From: Eledone cirrhosa
Lineage: Eukaryota
DNA: 64,000 nucleotides
Assembly (NCBI GenBank): GCA_964016885.1
Contig: OZ024740.1
Location: 369,458,001-369,522,000 of the forward strand
Reading direction: 5' to 3'
Made by a program: the position numbers and the translations under genes. The notes below the pieces were generated by a model. That model made no database searches. It saw nothing but the letters and a program-made list of their open reading frames with translations, and had not been told where the DNA came from. Of the stretch, positions 41,800 through 56,969 are shown piece after piece. Position 1 is the stretch's first letter. Every line of letters begins with the position of its first letter.

Positions 41800-42480
41800 A
41801 GACATTGACCAATAGTTTCATTTCACCAGGTGTTGACTTAAGTATCGATACAGCATAGGCGAGCAATGAAGTTAGCAGAGTATTATTATGCTCATTCTAT
41901 CTTTACCGAAACGACTGTTGTTTTAACTCAGTGTAAATCTGAACAAGTCATATTTTTTGCTTATCTCATTATCTGCCTGAAAATGTTGTATCTATTTGTG
42001 CTCATCCAGAACTGAAAATATATTTGGATTCCGAAAGAAGAAACAATACCATTTATAATATTCAGGCGTGTGAGAAAAATACATGTCAGAATCAGTTTAT
42101 TTTAAAACAATTATTTGATAGTTGTCACACGTTATACGGTTACACTTTCCTTTATACATAGTTACATCTTTGCAATAATTGACAACTGCATCAACTCTCT
42201 ATACTGCACTAAGTTGCTTATGGAGATTTCATGCGATATGACTGTTAACAAAATTCAAAGAGTTAACACAAATAACTTCTCTACTAAGGGCCTTACCGGC
42301 GTTCATCTTAGGTATTGCCATAACTACCTACTAACTTGAGGGTGCAATATCCAAGAAGGTTTAAAGAAGTCTTTCTTCAATGGCATCTTCCATAATATTC
42401 TCTTGCTTTACTAGTTCAGAATCATATTCATTTCAACGGCAAACAGCTATATCTATTATTTCATTAAATTTATTAAAGGA
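41800..42480 (-). pseudogene. Degraded RTE-clade RT
   Basis: Minus-strand VVMAIPKMNAGKAL, VTMYKGKCNRITCDNYQ and LSESKYIFSSG (cf. AI..MK.GKAPG, IITLYKGKGDR..CDNYRG, LPESQCGFR.G). Confidence 0.6.
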
Positions 42481-45400
42481 GATATCTGGCAATACAGAGA
42501 TAATATGCATGGAGCATGATTCCATTGGTATTCACTTTTCATCTTTAGATTTCGAAATGGCCAAAATAGTACACCTACCAACCAGCACAAACATCCAGGT
42601 ATCTGCGTGCGCTGACGAATACATACATGTATAATCACTTAATATTTTTAACTGCTATAACTATAAAATAAATATTTCATCATTATTTTATAATTATTTA
42701 TCAGTTCATAACAAAGAATCAATTTAAGGTTATTGTAAACTTATAGTGTTTAATTACATCTCACATTCTGTCATAGTATCAACGATATGAAATTACACAG
42801 AACGTTGTGTTTAAAAGCAAACAACAATAGCTTTTATCTTTGTTAACAATCTATTTATATTTCGACAACTGGTGAACAAAGTTATACATTTTATATGATA
42901 ATATCTATAATGACACATTGATTCAAATTGTAAATGCCGAGAATATGAAATTCCTTTACAATATGAAATGTCATTTTATCCTGTCATTTTGATATTTCAT
43001 TTTATCGTTTTATATAGATCTACTGCGGTGTACGAATAAATTAAAAACTGTATGGCTAGTTATAACTACGTCGGAGATGTAATTTTATTGCATTCGAATC
43101 GCTGTTCAAATTATAAGAATAAATAATGTATATTGAATTATATATCAATAAGAAGGTTTCTTAATGTAATCAAATATAAATGAATTCGTCAAACTATATG
43201 AAAGTTTTGAAAAGAATTTAATGCTATTTACTGCATATATGTAAGTAATTATACTTCGGGGTATAAACTACAGTATACTATGTTAGAAAGAGGATTTGAT
43301 GATTTGAGTTCGTAGTTCGTGATGTTGGATTTTCACTGGGATAACTCTCGATCTAGCAAAACTACGGCCCGAGGTATTTTAATTGTTTGCATACTATAAT
43401 TGTTGTCATATATACGTCATCCAATTTGAGCCTTTTATTCATATTAAAGCAGACTGGTGCGATGGTTTGAGGGATATTTGGCCGTTATTTCTAGAAGTCC
43501 AACCTTCTGCATAAAGATTCGAATCTTTTCTGCGAGATTTATATTGTATAAAAATATTGATTTAACTAGAAACATTTTTAATTTGATATATGCACCGTCA
43601 CATTTACTCTCATAATTTTCCATTAAAACTTTAGATCAACACTTAATATTTTCGCCATATACATAACAAAAACAATGCAGTAACATAGGTAGTTGAGAAT
43701 TCTGTGCTGGTTACGAATCCTCGCAAACAACTTGGCTAAATGTATTCGTATGCACAAGCTTAAGATGAATGTCTCTTTTCTTAAACATGTACATTCTTAA
43801 AGATGTACACTTTTTAAATAACAAAAATATTCTGTCCATATTCAATAAAAGTTCAAACTACAAAATGATTACAATTTTAGACAACTTTTAAAATCAGTTT
43901 TGCAATCTATCTGTTTTCAAATGACTTCCGTTTCACCTTTGACGTATTAGCATATTTTGCTGTTCATCAATCCTAAATTATGAAAGGTGAAGTTCTCTCT
44001 AACAAGAGTGAAGTTGGTTTATTTACAGAAACGTAAGAAGTCTTATACCGCTAATCGCATGTGCGTGAATGAGTGTGTGTGGTCTCCTTCGGTTCTGATG
44101 AAAAGTGTTTCAGTTCATACTCTCAGATTAACGAGAAAGTGCTTGAAAATTCCACAAACAAGCGATTCACCGTGTCACAAAGTGTAATAATGATGGCGAT
44201 TTGAAGTAGAAGAACAACTTATGTTTTTGTTAGCTTGGAGAAGAGAAAGGCGCAATGCACCACCAGAATGGAATTCCCTAACCACTAAGCCACCCGCCTA
44301 CACAATGACATATATAACCCCTCTATTATAGCAAGATAATTGAAAAGGTAATCTTAACAGTGTTTTTACAAATAATTATTTAATTAAAAGCATGTAATTA
44401 TTTTAACTTACGTATTATATATTTCATAGTTTGTTGAATTTTAGAAACCATGTACATACTTAACCCCTAATATGTATATGCAGTAAACACTGCAAAATTG
44501 CTATACATAAAAGCATTTGGCTGGCAACATTTTGTGCATAGTTTCAATAGCATCTCATTGTACATGATAAGTATAAAATACCAGGAACCATAAATTGAGT
44601 GCATATGAAAGCATATTCTATATGGTTGAGTAAATGTTATTGATTGGAGATTATCGAATCTTGAAACAGCTGTCTAGCATTATCAACGGCTACTGAGAGA
44701 GAAATAATGTTTCATACCGAAAACTATTTTTTATTTGGTACAGAGGCTCTCGTTTGTTTAATGTATATTTACTGCATATGCATTCATATACACTACTTTC
44801 ATATAAGTATTTATGCATAACATATTAGACTTGTATTGTTTGAATGTATAAAGCAGAATGCTAAAGATACGAGAAAGAAATTGTAATAGTCCAACAACTG
44901 CCAAGGAATTACAAAAACGTCTATAATAGAAAATAGAATTTTAGATAAGTTTTAATGCACTTTTAATATTTCACTTTAAAGCATTCATTTTTTAATAGAA
45001 AATATTTTAATTTCAATTGACTCTCTTGTATAGAGAAAGAGCACAAAAAAAAATTGTTGGGAAACAAAGAAGACAATGAAGAAATGTGTAAACATAAAAC
45101 AAATCATAAATTAAAATCCTTCAATCAAAATTATGTGTTTCCTTCCACTTAAGGCAAATAAAACTGCAAAGATTCGAGTAGTAAAAATGACGCCAATAAA
45201 ATGTATAAAACTATGAAACAATAGAAAGGCTTTCCATATTTCGAGGCTCATCAAAAGAATATTTTAAATACATCGATGGTCTTTTTAAAAAAAAATATAT
45301 CTAAATGTCTTAATCTCTTTTCTCGAAGCAGATAATCGATTTTATGCCATTGCTTTCATGCATACCTGTACATATATTATCGATTTAATTGAGAATGTTT

Positions 45401-46579
45401 GAGAGCAGAAAAACTGAAACGATGGGAAAAAAATTAAAATGTTTAATTCTTTTTTTATATCATTAGCAGAACTTTCTGGATGCGTTCACACAAATGCACA
45501 TAAACATTGTTGATAAATTTTGGGTCGATTGTAATATTTGTTTTGTTGATAACTATTTTATATAAACGATTGTGATTAAGCAAATGTAAATTCGTGTCAA
45601 GAAGAAAGTGTATTAAAACGCATTGAATACAATATATACTTATTCCTTTTATCAGTCTTCGAGAAATAGCAGTCATAGAATTAAGATAGGCGAAGCAGAA
45701 TACCGAAATATGTTCATTCAAATTGTCTATTGTTTCATTGTGATCCTTATAAAGGCAATATTCTACTTTTTATTATATTTAGTATTTTGAGGTGCACATC
45801 AACAACTATTGCTACTTTAAAAATTGAGAGTTCAAGCGTCCAGGTAGATTTACGATTTTGTCCACTTTACTTAGTAATAATCGAAGATGAGAAAGATTTA
45901 CAGAGAATTATACCCGACAATTCCTCCTGTCAAGTATAAGTCATTTTAGCATGTATGTTAGAAATTCATTTTAGCAAGAATGTTAGAAATTCATTTCATT
46001 AATCTATTTCCTTATTTCTAGTTGAATAATTAATTTATAATACATGTAATAAAGTTCGATATATGCATGTGTGCACATTTAGTCGGCTTGCAGATATATT
46101 TGAAATATGATAGGTTTCATATAGAATCTTTACTCAATTTACGGCTCCAATCTGGCGCAATAGTCGGTCTCCTCTGAATTTTTTAGAATATTTCCAAAAT
46201 GCAACCTCTCATTCGTATCCTGTCACAGTTTTCCAATATCATGAAATATGTTTTAAATTTAGACTGAATATGACCGGAACAAATATTCAAATTCATCCCG
46301 TCCTCCATTGTGAAATACAATCAATCCATCACCGAAACTAAATATGTTTACTTATCGCACATTAATGGCCGTCGATATGCCCATCCACTTTCTAATGGAC
46401 GTGTCTTCATATTCAAGAAAGCCCCAGGTAAAATAATGTTATTATGAGTGTTGTAGTGATATGTCACCTCTAAATTACAAGAATATTTGTAGCAATCGAA
46501 GGACAGCCCCGGGATACTAGGTGTTTACCAATGTGTGGTGCCAAGCTGTCATTTCTTCTAGGATTTAAAATAAATTAAT

Positions 46580-46763
46580 TGTTTCTACTTTAGGCACAAG
46601 GCCAGCAATTACCCAGTACATTACTGGTACTTTATTTTATCGACCCCGTAAGGATGAAAGGCAAAGTTAACCACGGCGGGATTTGAACTCAGACTGTAAA
46701 GGGACGTAACTATGCTAGAAAGCATGACATCCAACCCTCTACCGATACTGCCAATTCACCACC
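46580..46763 (-). mobile_element. Full-length tRNA-derived SINE with 22-bp TSD
   Basis: A and B boxes on minus. CTAGGATTTAAAATAAATTAAT occurs at 46558-46579 and 46764-46785. Confidence 0.9.
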
Positions 46764-46833
46764 CTAGGATTTAAAATAAATTAATGTTAGGATAGAAGAG
46801 AGGACATAATAACCTCTACATTTATAGATTATT

Positions 46834-47750
46834 TTCTTCTTCTTCTTCTTCTTCTTCTTCTTCTTCTTCTTCTTCTTCTTCTTCTTCTTCTTCTTCTTCT
46901 TCTTCTTCTTCTTCTTCTTCTTCTTCTTCTTCTTCTTCTTCTTCTTCAATTGATCTGTTTGGACCCCCGTGCCAAACAAGCCGAGCCCATGGATATTATC
47001 CAACCATCCTGCCTGTGGGCTACATTTGTACCTCCTGCAGTTGTCATTGATCGTATAATCTGTCCAGTGATTGTTTGCTTAGACATTCTAGCCATATGTC
47101 CGAATTATCGTTTTAGCTATCTCTTAATTTGGAGAAGTAGCGGCTCTACTTGGATCGAAGCACTACTCTCCAAGCGTTGCAACCTATCGAGTAGCCTTAC
47201 TGCAAAGACGCTTCAAAGGGACTCCATTTCAGCTGCTTATATTTGAGATTGTATGTTATCGGTTATTACCCAAGACCAATAACCATAAGAAAGGGTGGTC
47301 ACCAATACTGAAATGAAGACAGCGAGTTCGTTTTTTTACACCTACGCCATTGTTATGTTGATAGAAATCTGAAACTTGCACCTTATGGCACCATCCCCTG
47401 CAATATTTGCATTTAATTCAGCTTCTTGCCGTACATCACTCGTGAAAACGACCCCAGTACGTGTGAAACTCTCCACTTAGTTCAACGGAACACTCACATG
47501 TAAAGCGCATAGTATTGGCCTTCGCAGCACTGATTTTGTTTCAGCCGTGCAGGACATTGTGTAAATTTGTAAAGTTAATTGTTTGTCATAAAAATCTAGG
47601 TTTTGAAAATTTCAGACGTAATGCTCCAATTATTGCAGGAATTTCACTGTCTTTAATTATGATTATTAATGCGGATTCTCGTTTGCTTTGTGCCTTTACA
47701 ATAGTGACGAATAGGCAGGCAACATTTTTTTGATTGCACTCTATCTAATC
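46834..47750 (-). mobile_element. Degraded RTE-clade LINE 3' end with (GAA)n tail
   Basis: Minus-strand VESFTRTGVVFTSD and LKR*FGHMARM. (TTC)n at 46834-46947 lies at its 3' end. Confidence 0.6.
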
Positions 47751-48583
47751 CTACTACACTAATCCGGTATTGAACGTTTCAGTTTCGTATGTGGCTGTAT
47801 ATGCCTATCTGGCAATTGTTTCACGGGTTTAGTTTCGATAGCATGTCAGGATATGTTTCTATTTGTTTGCTTTACATAATTGCCTTTGTAATGCTTCTTT
47901 TAGATCTTCATACACTCTAATAATTAATAGATTAGTATCTACGCAACGTAATTGCAATAACTTCCTTATCTGTCTTCAGATTGCTCGTGTCTTCGTAGAA
48001 TTTTCTTTGGTTGCAATTACATTGATTTATGACTAAAATTACCTTATTGATTATTATTGTTAGGTAGCAAGTTAGGCTCAGATAGGTCACTGATATATTT
48101 GGATTAATTGGACGCTCTCCATAGGGTCAAACATTGCTTCGATTTTCTATTACATCTGGGTCCGCGTGGATTTACATATAGAAGTATAAAATTAGAGCAA
48201 ATTGATAACTGTATAATTCCTCAATGTGTGAAGCAGTACCCAGAACTAGCTAACGATGTCCACTGATTTGAAAATACACGATATCAAAGAATACCACAGG
48301 AAAGCATTCCTATTAAATGAGGCCATTCTCTTTACATACTCCCACATCATTACAAATATCCTGGGCTGGTAGCACTTTCCTCTCATTATTCACGTTCCTT
48401 TTCAAGTGTAAAATGAAAACGTCAACATGGACATAGCGGAGTTGAAACGTGTTTTTCTCCAATCCTTTCAACCCATCCAGCACACAATCGTTTTCGACAT
48501 ATTTACTAAACAGATATCTAATCCCTGCTCTTGCCAGCAAAAGGAAAACGGGGAGGGGGTGATAATTATAATGGCGAAGCCAT

Positions 48584-48643
48584 GTGTCCTACAGGTGAAA
48601 GCAGGTCTTTGACCAAACTCCAGGGGTCAGCCAAGCATAGAAA
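48584..48643 (+). repeat. 60-bp direct repeat, second copy at 50438-50497
   Basis: GTGTCCTACAGGTGAAAGCAGGT(C/A)TTTGACCAAACTCCAGGGGTCAGCCAAGCATAGAAA, one mismatch. Confidence 0.85.
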
Positions 48644-50807
48644 CTGTACTCTAGAAGGGCATCATCGCTCTGACTCCATATTCGACAGGCCCGATTAACA
48701 GCTCCCCCGTGCTTGTAGCGTTCGGCTGAACTGGCGGCACTTCCGGCAAACAATACCAGTTCAGGGGTTTGCCTAAATAATAATTTAGTTAATGAGTCTA
48801 TATGGTTTCGTCACCCACATGAATCTAGTTGCTATCACGTACGGCACAAATGTGTTTTTAGAAACGTATGAAATTCACAACTTCCTACAAATTAATATCG
48901 GTAAATTTTCTAGAGAACATTTCGTTATAGCAGTGAATTGTGTCGAATCCGGCCAAAAGTTGTTTAAACCTTAAATTCTAGGAACTGACTTCTATATTCT
49001 GCATCATCCCATTAGTAGTTACTAATCAGCACATTGACGTTGCTTCAAGTTCAATAGACTAGAATTCTAAATCAACATTTGTCATGACCTAAAACGTTTC
49101 CTGTAGCTAATAGTGTATTTCTAACCATTATACTATACATCTAGTGTTGGTTTGCCGAAATCGTAAACTACCAAACAAAAGGTACTATAGAATTTTGTCT
49201 TGTAACACTATATATAGAGTTTTTTCTAAACTGAAGATCTGTCATTGTGTAAACGTTCTAATATTTTACTGGAATTGGATATGTTCGTACAGAAACGGAA
49301 ACCTAATTCCATAACTTATTATTCAGAATAACCGTTATGAAATTTTCCTCTTCCATCCAGTTAATAGCAGATAATTGTGAAAAGGATATCACCTTTTTAA
49401 AATAAAATCAATGTTACTTCACGTTCCATATCAGTCATCTAACGTTCTATCCATATCAAGCAATAGCGATTGATATCGATTGCGGATGTGCTAACAGTGC
49501 ACACGGATTTTCCATCAATCGAGGTATAGAAATACGATTTTCGAGAACTACGCCTAAAAATATTGATGTTCAATTATTTTCGAAATGTTTCAATAATCCG
49601 AGGTTAATGTAACTCAGTTCACAAAGTTCCTAAAATACGTCTTTGCCTGTCATCAAAGTATTATTGAAATTCAGTACCAAAATAAAATGTAAAAAAAAAC
49701 CCAGAAACATACTAGCAAGTTGAAAACGAAATAAGAGATTAAAAACGAGGCACTGTGGCAGATACGATTGCAGTGAACTGGTTTCGTCACATATAGAAGT
49801 TACATATTCGGTCCTCGTGTTTGTAATGAATTCTTTATTGAAAAAGTTCGTTTGAAATGAAAGCTTGTAATATAATAAAATATTGATTTGTACAAGCTAA
49901 AAGAGCGGCTCATTCTCCAACTGATAATTTTACTTAATTTAGTAAAAATGTAATAATATTCTGTACGCATTTACATATTAAATCATGAGTGGTACAAATA
50001 CTACATAACAGTATTTTCACTGCTTTCACTGTATTTCGCTATAACATTTGGTTTTGTGACATCGATTCTCTTGGGTTCATCTGAACATTTTTGGGCTGTA
50101 TTGTATTATGAAGGAACATTGCATATTTACATATGGGCTCTCATAGTCAACAGCGTGGGCACATCACTGAGCAGATCCGACAAAAATTACTGGATCATAT
50201 TTAAGGAGCCATGTAAATAGCTAACAAACCGATACTTAAATACATTCATATAAAAGCTAGGTATCAAATTAGTATACATCTCTCGGCTTGTAATATACAA
50301 CACATGCAAAACCAACATTACTTACATGATTTCCGTATTTTAGGATGCTATATTTGTTTCTGAGATATATGCAATATATTGAACTTGTATAGTAAATGAG
50401 GCGAAATAGTTGGTTGTCTGGCGTTAAACACAGTCAAGTGTCCTACAGGTGAAAGCAGGTATTTGACCAAACTCCAGGGGTCAGCCAAGCATAGAAAGTC
50501 AAGTTAGAAACATAAAGCTACGGCGCATGCAGGATAGTGCTATGTTGAGAGAAAATATATTAGTTATCTGAAATAGAAGATTGGAGAAATATTTGACAGG
50601 ATTTCAATAAATACAGACTCCACCAAACATGATCTATTCATGTCAAACTGCGAAATTGTGAGTCAAAGCGTTTCTGTCATTAAATCGGAGACACCATTTC
50701 TCAAAATTCGGGATTCTATATGAATTACGATTCCGAAAATATGTCATTTTATATTATTAAACACATTTTATATTATTAAACACATACAAACACACACATG
50801 AACAGAT

Positions 50808-50869
<62 letters not shown>

Positions 50870-50951
50870 TGAGAGAGAGGCGGAGAGCGATATCTTGTAT
50901 CAACAAACATACATGCACACATACATATATATAAACATATAGTTGTATATA

Positions 50952-51003
<52 letters not shown>

Positions 51004-51007
<4 letters not shown>

Positions 51008-52285
51008 AAAGTTTTATTTAAGATTGTTGGGTTACAACGAGTAAATATTTTATAACTGATATAAAAGCACTCGACAGTTTCTGGAGTAGGTTTACGATAT
51101 TAAACAAATGGAAACTATATTTATAAAACCATATTTATTTCGTTATATATATTTCTGGGATATCATATTAAAAATATGTTATGCCTTCCTCAGACAAAAT
51201 ACAATACATAAGCTGTTTTATAAATAATTAGTGACATACCTTTTGAGAATGCAACTTCCTTTTAAAAAAGTTGATTTGGTAGTGAAACTGTTATGATAGT
51301 TATATAGAAAGAAAACGAAGATGAGAAGAAGAAGGTGAAGAGATGTATGTAAATAAAAAAGAAGATGAAGAGATGTATGCAAAGAGAAAAGAGATGTATG
51401 TAAAGAAAAACAACGGAGCGAGATAGAGAGACAAGGATAGAGAGAAATACATTGATGGTGAAAAAAAAAAAAAAAAACATAGTAGGCTGCATTTTGACAG
51501 ATGATCATCGTATATGTGAGAGGTTAAGTGAAGGGATACAGTTAGATTAGTGTATAGGAGAAAAAGAAAGAAAGATGATATAATAAAAATATATTATGTC
51601 TCATCCATTTGAATTATCAATTTTTATGAATTAGGCACTATAATGTAAATACCAGGTGATATCTTTTTTTTTTCTTTTTTTTTTTTTACACATTATAAAT
51701 ATGTGTCTCATTCATGAATACTGGTATTTACATTATAGTGCCTAATTCATAAAAATTGATAATTCAAATGGATGAGACATAATATATTTTTATTATATCA
51801 TCTTTCTTTCTTTTTCTCCTATACACTAATCTAACTGTATCCCTTCACTTAACCTCTCACATATACGATGATCATCTGTCAAAATGCAGCCTACTATGTT
51901 TTTTTTTTTTTTTTTTTCACCATCAATGTATTTCTCTCTATCCTTGTCTCTCTATCTCGCTCCGTTGTTTTTCTTTACATACATCTCTTTTCTCTTTGCA
52001 TACATCTCTTCATCTTCTTTTTTATTTACATACATCTCTTCACCTTCTTCTCTTCATCTTCGTTTTCTTTCTTTATAATTATCATAACAGTTTCACTACC
52101 AAATCAACTTTTTTAAAAGGAAGTTGCATTCTCAAAAGGTATGTCACTAATTATTTATAAAACAGCTTATGTATTGTATTTTGTCTGAGGAAGGCATAAC
52201 ATATTTTTAATATGATATCCCAGAAATATATATAACGAAATAAATATGGTTTTATAAATATAGTTTCCATTTGTTTAATATCGTA
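51004..52285. mobile_element. Penelope-like 3' UTR/pLTR as a ~565-bp near-perfect inverted repeat
   Basis: Arms 51093-51655 and 51721-52285 with a 65-bp spacer. Homologous to 58915-59000 and 59555-59780, and flanked by (TA)n. Confidence 0.88.
52177..52242 (+). ncRNA. Minimal type I hammerhead ribozyme (inverted copy 51136-51201, minus)
   Basis: TATTTTGT-CTGAGGA-stem II-GAAA-TATATA-TA-ACGAAATA. Stem I covaries with the 59.6-kb copy (G-C vs A-U). Confidence 0.75.
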
Positions 52286-52301
52286 TATATTTATATATAT
52301 A

Positions 52302-53041
52302 TATAAAGAATTAGTATACCCACTAACATATATATACAGATGCATACCTATGCCGGCAAATATATAGGTTTTGTCTTAGTAACTTTGTGGTTCAATGCAT
52401 GGGGATGCAGAACAATAATATGAGAGACGTAAAATAAGAAAATTATAAAAATTAACTTACTTACTAAAATTTCACTCCAACTAATTAGTTTCTGAAAGGG
52501 AATAAACATAGTTTCCGAAGAAACGTAAGGAGAAGCCTTTCGTCATCAGGGAAGTCTATTCTCAGCTAAGTTTCCAGGCAATACGTGGAAACAGGGAACT
52601 TATACAAAAATAATTCAGTGGATGGAAAAAAGCAAAGCGTTTGCCTAAGTTCCAAGCCATTGAAAAAATCACTGCCTACTGCGTCGGTGGCAAATTCAAA
52701 AGAATCAATCACGTGAAATCGAGGTCAATCAGTGAAGAGTGGTTTGTTAAGAAGACAGCAGCCGAACTGTTACTATGAACTATAGTAGCAGTTTTGGCCA
52801 ATTTTGGCTAGACAAAATAATTTGGAGATACTTATAAAGAATTAGTATATCCACTAACATATATATACAGATGCATACCTATGCCGGCAAATATATAGGT
52901 TTTCTCTTAGTAACTTTGTGGTTCATTGCATGGGGATGCAGAACAATAATATGAGAGACGTAAAATAAGAAAATTATAAAAATTAACTTACTAAAATTTC
53001 ACTCCAACTAATTAGTTTCTGAAAGGGAATAAACATAGTTT
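52302..53041 (+). repeat. ~210-bp direct duplication (52302-52513 / 52833-53041)
   Basis: TATAAAGAATTAGTATA...GGGAATAAACATAGTTT occurs twice with few differences. Confidence 0.9.
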
Positions 53042-53046
53042 TGCCT

Positions 53047-53092
53047 ACTAGTGCTTGCCTACATTTTAGCTAAAATGTAGGCAAGCACTAGT
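53047..53092. repeat. Perfect 46-bp palindrome followed by a ~35-bp tandem duplication
   Basis: ACTAGTGCTTGCCTACATTTTAG|CTAAAATGTAGGCAAGCACTAGT. ACTAGTTGAA.TGTCCTTCATTTAGTGAATTTTA occurs at 53087 and 53128. Confidence 0.9.
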
Positions 53093-53388
53093 TGAAATGT
53101 CCTTCATTTAGTGAATTTTAAACAAATACTAGTTGAAGTGTCCTTCATTTAGTGAATTTTAGTTTTTATTACAGAAATATATATATATATATATATATAT
53201 TGTTATACTTGGGCAGGGCCATATTGTTGTAATAATATTGCCAGAAATAATAACAGAACACACTCACTGTGTGGTTGGTTTTCGCTTCTGTATCTTTTAT
53301 ATCTCCACAGTTAATTCATTCGGTATAACAATATTTGTTTCGACGCACAACTTCATATTAAAAACCTTGCAAAACAAATTCATCGCCG

Positions 53389-53436
<48 letters not shown>

Positions 53437-54342
53437 CTGTTGTCTTGAAGTCCCACTGCGAATGCCCTAATATTTGTTTTCGGATAAGGGGTGCTAAGTT
53501 GAAACCACCCGACAGGAATATCTGACTCCATAAAAGGGGTGTATATTCAACTTTCCTGTCCATAATCTTTGTGATTGAGAGACATTAGAGAAATGCTAAT
53601 TGATAGATATGAGAGACATCCTAATCAGGTCCTGTAGAGGTACTACTATGGAATGAGGTGAAAATGACGCCCCCCGCTGAACCGGTGGCAGACACTCGAT
53701 TGAGATTTGAAAACCGCCCAGAAATGTTGGAACGATGCATTGCTAGATGCAACTGGTCGTGATGATTGGGAGAATTGTGGCTGCCTTATGTATCTCACGA
53801 TGCGGGTGCATCTACGTCTAAGACAAAGTAAACATTCCTCCGTTACGATTAAGTAGACTTTAGCCTGGTAATGCAGAAAAACGGTAAACCCCCAATGCAC
53901 ACTCCCAAACAAACACACACTGACACACACCACACACACACACGCAAACACACACACTCACAGATATCTATATATATATAGCGCAGACTGTATGACCATT
54001 ACCGATATTACACACTCCTCTGCATATAATACATTTAATAACTGTTATAGGCAGACGATTACAAAGAAAGGGAATTCCGCCCAGGAGATCGATGAGTGTA
54101 ACCATACGCTGACCAACGCCATAAAACTCACTAAGTAATTGTGTCCGCTCTGTAATGCAACGTGCAGCTAATAAACTGCACACTTGTTATCCCATTCAAC
54201 GTGTTAGCTATGACCTGGGGTCACTAAAATATATTCAGTAAATTTGCTAATCTCTGTCACTCTCTCTCCTCCCTCTCTCTATTTCTCTCTCTCTCTCTCT
54301 CTCTCTATCTCCCCCTCTCTCTCGGTGAGAACTTCTGTCACA

Positions 54343-55250
<908 letters not shown>

Positions 55251-55456
55251 GAGCAATGCAATGCAGTCAAAGAACATCGCCAATGAAGATCAATTAATCA
55301 GTGGCTGGTGGAATACTTCGCATCGAAGCCAGAATAATAATGCAGGGATACAATCATGGGCCTTTTAAACGATGGCAGGAGGTAATCGCAAATGATTAGA
55401 AATCGCCAAACACAATACATATATGACGAAGAGAAATTTTTGTTAAAACTAATACG

Positions 55457-55496
<40 letters not shown>

Positions 55497-56375
55497 GAAT
55501 ATAAAATGAAAGTGCTTTCATAAGGGAATGTATTAGGTATTGACATATGTTTCTGTAACAGACGGAATACCTATGTATCGGTGCTTGCGCAATCATATAA
55601 TGTTAGCAAGTATTCGATAGCAAATGTATAATCAGTTGTCACTTCTTCAGAGATATTGGATAAATTGGAAAAATCAGAAAAATTGAAGTATTTATATTAG
55701 TTGTAAGAAAGGAAAAAGAGAGTGGATAGTATATGACAGATGGCAATTCAATTTGCTGGTAAACAAGTATATAGAAGGTTTTTAATGAGAATACAATGAG
55801 TATATGGCTTATTTTATCTAAATAAAAATTTTTGGGAGTGCCTATTTTAATCTATATTTGACCAATTGAACAATGGACAGGGATGGTCGTTTGGTGTAGT
55901 AGCATCAATACAGATATAAAGTGTCATGTAAGGAAGTAGGAGATTTTCACTGCTTTTTTTAATATATATATATATATGATGATGATGAACTCCCCCGGCG
56001 ATATCCGCCGTATCAGTGTCCAATATAAGTTAAATTCTCAGAAAGCGAACTGATGTTGAACTACCCACACAAGGTTGTGTTTTCGGTGCTGAAGGCTTGT
56101 TTAGGACCAACCACAATTTTTGGAACTGACGACACATATCTTCGGTGCAAATGTTTGCCACGGAAAATACGACGACAGTCCTCTGCTTTTTATGCGTCGG
56201 AGTTTTATCTCTCCGTATAAAAAGAGAAAAGAAAAACATTGTTTGGATGTTCATTGACTCTGCTGAATTCCTCCGCCCTTTGCCGGATCTCGCATTTCAT
56301 CCCGTAGGGTGTCCAAACATGACCCTCCTCGCCAAGCAATTTTGGTGGGGTTGCCGGTTTAGTCGCCGACGACTC

Positions 56376-56423
<48 letters not shown>

Positions 56424-56969
56424 AAGGTTTTATTTAAAATTGTTGGGTTACAACAAGTAAATATTTTATAACTGATATAAAGCACTCGACAAGTTTTTGG
56501 AGTATATATACGATATTAAACAAATGGAAACTATATTTATAAAACCATATTTATTTCATTATACATATTTCAGAGATACCATATTAAAAATATGGCATGC
56601 CTTCGTCAGATAAAATACAATATATAAACAGTTTTATAAATAATTTTGAGGTACCATATTATAAGCGACCATTAAATTAGAAAGCTGTCTGGGTAGTGAT
56701 TTGTTTATACTTATTTAGTGTTAAGCACAGTTAGAAAAAAAATGGTTTTGTATATGTTACAGATATGCATAATATTAAATACATAAACAGTAATCATATA
56801 TGTGAGAACATGAATTTTAATCGTATATTTATGTATATATACAGTGACATTTTTCTAACACAAGAAATTGTTTGTATGACACAAGAAATTATGAGGTTGA
56901 TCGGGTGAAGTCATGTGTATGTCTATATTATTGACTAGAGTTAGACATAATTTGATATTTTTTCTTTTT

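Noticed and set aside
52500-52556. Minus-strand CTGATGA-CGAA..TTCG-GAAA
   Set aside because: No stem I partner after the putative cleavage site.
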